DNA of 64,000 nucleotides from an uncultured Phycisphaerales bacterium. GTDB taxonomy: Bacteria > Planctomycetota > B15-G4. The translations under genes were made by a program, and so were the position numbers. Below the pieces are notes generated by a model that did not search any database, had not been told where the DNA came from, and worked only from the letters and a program-made list of their open reading frames with translations. The stretch is taken from the NCBI GenBank assembly GCA_964490005.1, contig CAZBBB010000004.1, forward strand, positions 888-64,887, in the 5' to 3' direction. Below are positions 59,528-64,000 of this stretch, piece after piece; position 1 is the stretch's first letter, and each line of letters starts with the position of its first letter.

Positions 59528-59905
59528 CTATTCCGCGCCGGCCGAGCGCGCGTCGATGCGCTCGGTGCCGGGGGCCGGCCGGACGGCCGGCTCGAACCGG
59601 AACGAGATGCTGACCTCGCCGAGGTCGAAGGTGTCGAGCAGCCCGGTGGGCGTCTCGGCGCGGCGGTGCACGTCGGGCTTGAGCGAATAGTTGATGTGCC
59701 GGCCGTCGCGGCGGCTGCGGATGACGCCGGCGCTGCGCAGGATCGCGAGGTGATGGCTCACCTTGGGCTGGTCGAGCCCGAGCCGGTCGACGAGGTCCGA
59801 GACGCAATACTCGCCGGTCACGAGGATCGCGAGGATCGCCAACCGGTTCGGGTCGCAGAGGGCCTTGAGGCCCCGCGCCATCCGGATCGAGTCGAGCTGC
59901 TGCAT
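59528..59905 (-). CDS. ArsR/SmtB family transcriptional regulator
   Basis: LKALCDPNRLAILAIL...CVSDL...QPKVSHHLAILRSAGVI (wHTH). Start taken at MQQLDSIRM. Confidence 0.7.
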   Translation of the reverse strand: MQQLDSIRMARGLKALCDPNRLAILAILVTGEYCVSDLVDRLGLDQPKVSHHLAILRSAGVIRSRRDGRHINYSLKPDVHRRAETPTGLLDTFDLGEVSISFRFEPAVRPAPGTERIDARSAGAE

Positions 59906-60090
59906 ACGGCCCTCTATGCGCCTGCCCATGCTGCCCGCATCCCTCCCGAGGGACACGCCGGGCTCCATTATGGACTACCGTCGGCGGATCCCCGCACGAT
60001 TCTGTCGACCCGGCGGGCGGATGACCGGAGCCTTCAAGGCGCGCACGGCGCCCGGTCGACAGGGACCGCTCGGCGCAAGCGGGGCGGCCT

Positions 60091-61626
60091 GTGCTCCGAC
60101 GCGCTATGATCGCCCGCTTTTCCACGGACCCGTCGCCCCGGAAGCCTCGCGTGACCCCCCCGACCAGCGAGCGTCCGGCCGGCCCCGTCGTGATCGTGGG
60201 CGCGGGCATGGCCGGCCTCGGCGCCGCCCTCACGCTGCAGCGCGCGGGGCGCGACGTCGTCGTGCTCGAACGTCTCGACGTCGTGGGCGGCCTGGCGCGC
60301 TCGGTCGAGGTGCGCGGCCACGTCTTCGATGTCGGGCCCCACTACTTCTTCCTCGACGTCTCCGAGGAGGTCAATGCGCTGGTGAAGTCGTGCGTGCGCC
60401 CGGAGGAATGGCGCCCGATCGACTTCAAGATCAACGCGCTCATCGGACGCGCCGACGTCCCCTGGCCGCCGACGGCGAGCGCGGCCTTCAAGCTGCCGCC
60501 GTCGGGCATCTACCGCTTCCTGCGCAACGCCATCAAGAGCGAAGTGCCTCCGCACAAGCTGGCCCGCGACTTCCTGCAGCGCTGCTACGGCGACAAGATG
60601 TACCGCATCTTCCTCGGGCCCTATCTCAAGAAGAAGGTGCCGCCTTCGAACGGGGCCGAGGCCCTGCACCGCGACTGGTGGAACCAGACGGCGCGCACGA
60701 TCCACAACCTGCCCGACGCCAAGCGCGACAAGATCCTCCAGACCGAGCCGCAGCTCGTGGAGCGCTATCTCGCGCGCTACCCGCAGCCCAAGCCGGCGCC
60801 CGGCGCCGCGGCGCCGGCCAAGCCGCCCGCGCCCACCGGCATCAAGCGCGTCTGGCGCATCGCGCAGGGCCTGACGCGCACGGCCTTCGCGGCCAACTAC
60901 AAGAAGGTGCTCTACCCGCCCGGCGGCGTGGGCCAGATCACCGAGCGCATGGCGGAGGACTACCGCGCCAAGGGCGGGCCGCTGCACCTGCGCGCGAGCA
61001 ACGTCGCGCTGCAGCACGACGGCCGGCGCGTCACGCGCGTGAGCTGGGACGGCGGCGTCGTCGAGGACCCGGCGCACGTCATCTGGACGGGTTCGATCCA
61101 CCGGCTGTGCTCGCTGCTCGGCGTGCCGCGCGAGGAGCTGCCCTTCATGACCATCCTGCTGGGCATGCTGCTCGTCGACAAGCCGCTCAAGGCCGGCGAA
61201 GACCTCTACACCTACGTCGCCGACCCGCAGATCGTGTTCAACCGCATCTACTATCCCAACCGCTCGGTCGGCGGCCTGTGCCCCCCGGGCAAGGACAGCG
61301 TCTGCGTCGAGATCACGCCCTACGACGAGCGCGACGTGGCCGACCCCACGCGCCTCACCGACGCGATCAAGGAGGGTCTCGCGAAGCTCGGCGTGTGCCG
61401 GCCGCAGGACATCTCGCACGTGCACTACATGTTCGTGCCCGACAGCTATCCGGTGTACCCGATGGACTACCGCGAGAAGCTCGACCGCATCTGGGCGCAG
61501 CTCGGGCGCTTCGAGAACGTGCACAGCATCGGGCGCTCGGGACAGTTCTGGTACAACAACATGGCGCGCTCGATGCGGGCGGGCATCGAGACGGCGCAGG
61601 ACGTCCTGGGCACCTTCAAGGCCTGA
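60091..61626 (+). CDS. FAD/NAD(P)-binding oxidoreductase (amine-oxidase / mutase-like fold)
   Basis: 511 aa. VVIVGAGMAGLGAAL dinucleotide-binding motif. Confidence 0.65.
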   Translation: MLRRAMIARFSTDPSPRKPRVTPPTSERPAGPVVIVGAGMAGLGAALTLQRAGRDVVVLERLDVVGGLARSVEVRGHVFDVGPHYFFLDVSEEVNALVKSCVRPEEWRPIDFKINALIGRADVPWPPTASAAFKLPPSGIYRFLRNAIKSEVPPHKLARDFLQRCYGDKMYRIFLGPYLKKKVPPSNGAEALHRDWWNQTARTIHNLPDAKRDKILQTEPQLVERYLARYPQPKPAPGAAAPAKPPAPTGIKRVWRIAQGLTRTAFAANYKKVLYPPGGVGQITERMAEDYRAKGGPLHLRASNVALQHDGRRVTRVSWDGGVVEDPAHVIWTGSIHRLCSLLGVPREELPFMTILLGMLLVDKPLKAGEDLYTYVADPQIVFNRIYYPNRSVGGLCPPGKDSVCVEITPYDERDVADPTRLTDAIKEGLAKLGVCRPQDISHVHYMFVPDSYPVYPMDYREKLDRIWAQLGRFENVHSIGRSGQFWYNNMARSMRAGIETAQDVLGTFKA

Positions 61627-61653
61627 GCGGCGACGTGGCCGACAACATCCTGA

Positions 61654-62774
61654 TGGTCTCGGCCGACCGGTGGGTCGTGGCCGGCGACAAGGGGCCCTTC
61701 CACTACATGCTCGAGGCCTTCGCGCCTCACTGGGGCCGCGTCGACGTCATCGGCCTGCGCCCCGAGCGGCGCGTGCACGCGACGGTCTTCGGCAACGTGC
61801 ACCTGCACCACCCGACGGGCGGCAAGCTGGCGCAGGCGGGATTCATCGCGAAGACCGGTGCGCGCCTCGCCCGCGAGCGCGACTACGCCGTGATGACCAG
61901 CCACGACTACAACCCCTTCTACAACGGATGGGGCGCGTGGCGCGTCGCGCGCGCGACGGGCATTCCGTGGGTCTCGGAGATCCACCACGTGCCCGGTCAC
62001 CCCCGCGCCGCCACGATGCGCGAACGCGTCGATCGTCTCGCCACGCGGCGCTGGGTGCGCTGGGCCGCCTCGCGCGCGGCCGGCTTCCGCGTCGTGAACG
62101 GCGTCGAGCTGCCGACGCTGCTGCAGGGCTGGGGCGTGCCGGCCGGCAGGATCCACGTGTTGCCCTCGCTGTATCTCGACCTGGAGACCTTCACGCCGGA
62201 AGGCCCGCGGGCCGAGCCGGTCGACCTGCTCATGGTCGGGCGGCTCGTGCCGAGCAAGGGCGTGTTGCAGGTGCTCGACGCCCTGGCGCGTCTCGCGCGG
62301 CGCGGGTTGCGCGGCACGACCCTGCATCTCGTCGGACGCGGCCCGCAGGCCGCGCGCATCCGCGCGCACGCCGAGCGCCTCGGTCTGCGCTCGCAGCTGC
62401 GCACGACCGAATGGATCGCGGATGCGGCGGGCCTCGCCGCGGCGTATCGCTCGGCGCGCTACCTGGTCATGGCCTCGACCAGCGAAGGTGGACCGCGCGT
62501 CGCCGCCGAGGCCATGGCCTGCGGCACGCCGGTCATCGGCACCGCGGTCGGCCTGATGCCCGAGCTGGTCCGCGACCGGCACAACGGGCTGCTCTACGAC
62601 GGGCGCGTCGAGGGCCTGACGCTGACGCTGCAGCGCGCGCTCACCGATCCGAGCACCGAGACCGCCCTGCGCGCGGCGCTGCCGGGCGACCTGTCGGCCT
62701 ACGGACGCGAGCGGGTCATCGCGCGGCTCGCCGAGGGGCTCAGGAGCCTGGGCGCGGCGCATCGCCGCCCCTGA
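61654..62774 (+). CDS. GT4 family glycosyltransferase
   Basis: C-terminal about 373 aa of ORF 59763..62774 (MVSADRWVVAG...). EX7E-like motif STSEGGPRVAAEAMACGTPVIGT. Confidence 0.65.
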
Positions 62775-64000
62775 GCGCGGGGCCGCCGGGCAGGCACACG
62801 AAGGGCTTCCCGTCGAGCCGCAGGCAGACGGTGTCGTTCTCGACGGCGAGGCGCAGCTCCTCGACCCCGTCGAAGACCTCCGAGACGGCGGCGTCGCTGA
62901 GCAGCGAGATGACCATGCGCTCGACGTTGCGTTCGACGTGCCGCGCCCCGAGGCGCGCGTCGTAGCCGCGCGTCGCCACCAGCTTCACGACCTCGTCGTC
63001 GAAGACCAGGCGCTTGCCGCGCGACGTCCAGCGCTCGGTTTCCGCGGCGAGGATGCGCGCCGCGATGTCGAGCATGTCCGACTCGTCGAGCACGCGGAAG
63101 GGCACGATCTCGTCGATGCGGTTCACGAACTCGGGCGGCAGCACGCGCAGCAGGTGCTCCTGGACGGCGTCGCGCAGCGGCCCGCCGGCCGCCTCGGAGC
63201 GCCCGAAGCCGATCGGCCGGTCGCCCGTCATGGCGTACAGCTCGCGCCCGATGTTGCTCGTCATGATGATGACGGTCTCGGAGAAGTCGACCACGCGGCC
63301 CTTGCTGTCCGTGAGCCGCCCGTCGTCGAAGACCTGCAGGAACAGGTTGAGCACCTGGGGGTGGGCCTTCTCGATCTCGTCGAGCAGCACGACCCCGTGT
63401 CCCAGCCGCGCGATCGGGCCCGTGAGCGCGCCCTCCTCGCCGTATCCGACGTAGCCGGGCGGGGCGCCGACGATGCGCGCGATCGAGTGCGCCTCGAGGT
63501 ACTCGCTCATGTCGATGCGCACGAGGTGGCTCTCGTCGTCGTACAGCGCGCGCGCCAGCGAGCGCGCCATCTCCGTCTTGCCCACGCCCGAGGGCCCGAG
63601 GAACAGGAACACGCCGTCGGGGCGCTCGGGGCGACGGTCGAGCCGCAGCTTGGCGAGACGCACGCGCCGGGCGACGGCGTCGGCGGCGAAGGCCTGCCCG
63701 AGCACGCGGGCCGACAACGCGTCGGCCAGGCCGGCGAGCCGTTCGCGGCTGAACACGCGGGCCTCGCTCGGCAACTCGTCGTCGGCCGCGCGCGCGACGT
63801 GGCCGGCCGTGACGAGCCCCTGACCGGCGGCGCGGGCCATCGCGCAGGCCTCGTCCACGAGCCGGATCGTCGAGCCCGGCGGCAGGTAGTCGGCGGCGCC
63901 CTCCGCGAGCGAGCGCGCGACGGCGGCCTCGAGCGCGGCGTCCTCGATCTTGAGCTTGAAGTGCCGCTCCAGGCGCGGGCGCAGGTCGTGCAGGATCTCG
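62740..64000 (-). CDS. ClpA/ClpB-family AAA+ ATPase (N-terminal part beyond window end)
   Basis: D2 AAA+ domain (FLFLGPSGVGKTEMARSLA; sensor/arginine region). The reading frame continues upstream to the window edge with a D1 small-domain-like LPPGSTIRLVDEACAMA. It overlaps the GT4 stop, so the two genes converge. Confidence 0.7.
   Translation of the reverse strand, partial: EILHDLRPRLERHFKLKIEDAALEAAVARSLAEGAADYLPPGSTIRLVDEACAMARAAGQGLVTAGHVARAADDELPSEARVFSRERLAGLADALSARVLGQAFAADAVARRVRLAKLRLDRRPERPDGVFLFLGPSGVGKTEMARSLARALYDDESHLVRIDMSEYLEAHSIARIVGAPPGYVGYGEEGALTGPIARLGHGVVLLDEIEKAHPQVLNLFLQVFDDGRLTDSKGRVVDFSETVIIMTSNIGRELYAMTGDRPIGFGRSEAAGGPLRDAVQEHLLRVLPPEFVNRIDEIVPFRVLDESDMLDIAARILAAETERWTSRGKRLVFDDEVVKLVATRGYDARLGARHVERNVERMVISLLSDAAVSEVFDGVEELRLAVENDTVCLRLDGKPFVCLPGGPALRGGDAPRPGS

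Noticed and set aside
59763-61653. Upstream 630 aa of ORF 59763..62774 (1003 aa)
   Set aside because: This is read-through across the arsR antisense and an alternate frame of the FAD oxidoreductase. Only the C-terminal GT4 domain, which starts after the oxidoreductase stop, is credible.

Overview
The window is a 64-kb chromosomal segment of about 70% GC from a Gram-negative bacterium. It is densely coding (about 55 genes), with many 4-nt ATGA/GTGA start/stop overlaps. Most real genes lie on the minus strand. The track's long R/G/A-rich ORFs are alternate-frame or antisense shadows and are rejected below.

The window contains the replication-origin gene block dnaA-dnaN-dciA(DUF721)-gyrB, with no recF. 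There is a parS site followed by parB. gyrA is fused in an operon with ribBA. Housekeeping genes include fmt-rsmB, trxA, scpA, pyrF, pabA, hemW, pyrBI, purF, dapF, mgtE and lepB.

Several loci look accessory or unusual:

- A sensor-kinase / PilM-PilN fusion / PilO-like pair sits next to an ECF sigma / anti-sigma / CnrX-like periplasmic module.
- A second ECF-like sigma is paired with a zinc-finger anti-sigma.
- An operon encodes a GT2 (ArnC/Ppm1-like) enzyme, a GT-C (ArnT/PMT-like) membrane transferase, dapF and a polytopic spermidine-synthase-like protein.
- In the LPS locus, kdsD-kdsC is followed by one 949-aa membrane-anchored protein built from tandem LptC/LptA-like repeats, then lptD and tatA.
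- A bacillithiol-type bshC-bshB-bshA operon plus a cysteine desulfurase lies immediately upstream of dnaA.
- A 431-aa protein with a C-terminal HPr phosphocarrier domain is divergent from a group-2 sigma factor.
- A 718-aa Sec-secreted protein ends in a T2SS GspG-like pseudopilin domain.

Several short islands with AT-rich codons occur inside otherwise GC-rich genes between about 44.8 and 52 kb. No rRNA, tRNA, CRISPR array or obvious transposase was found.
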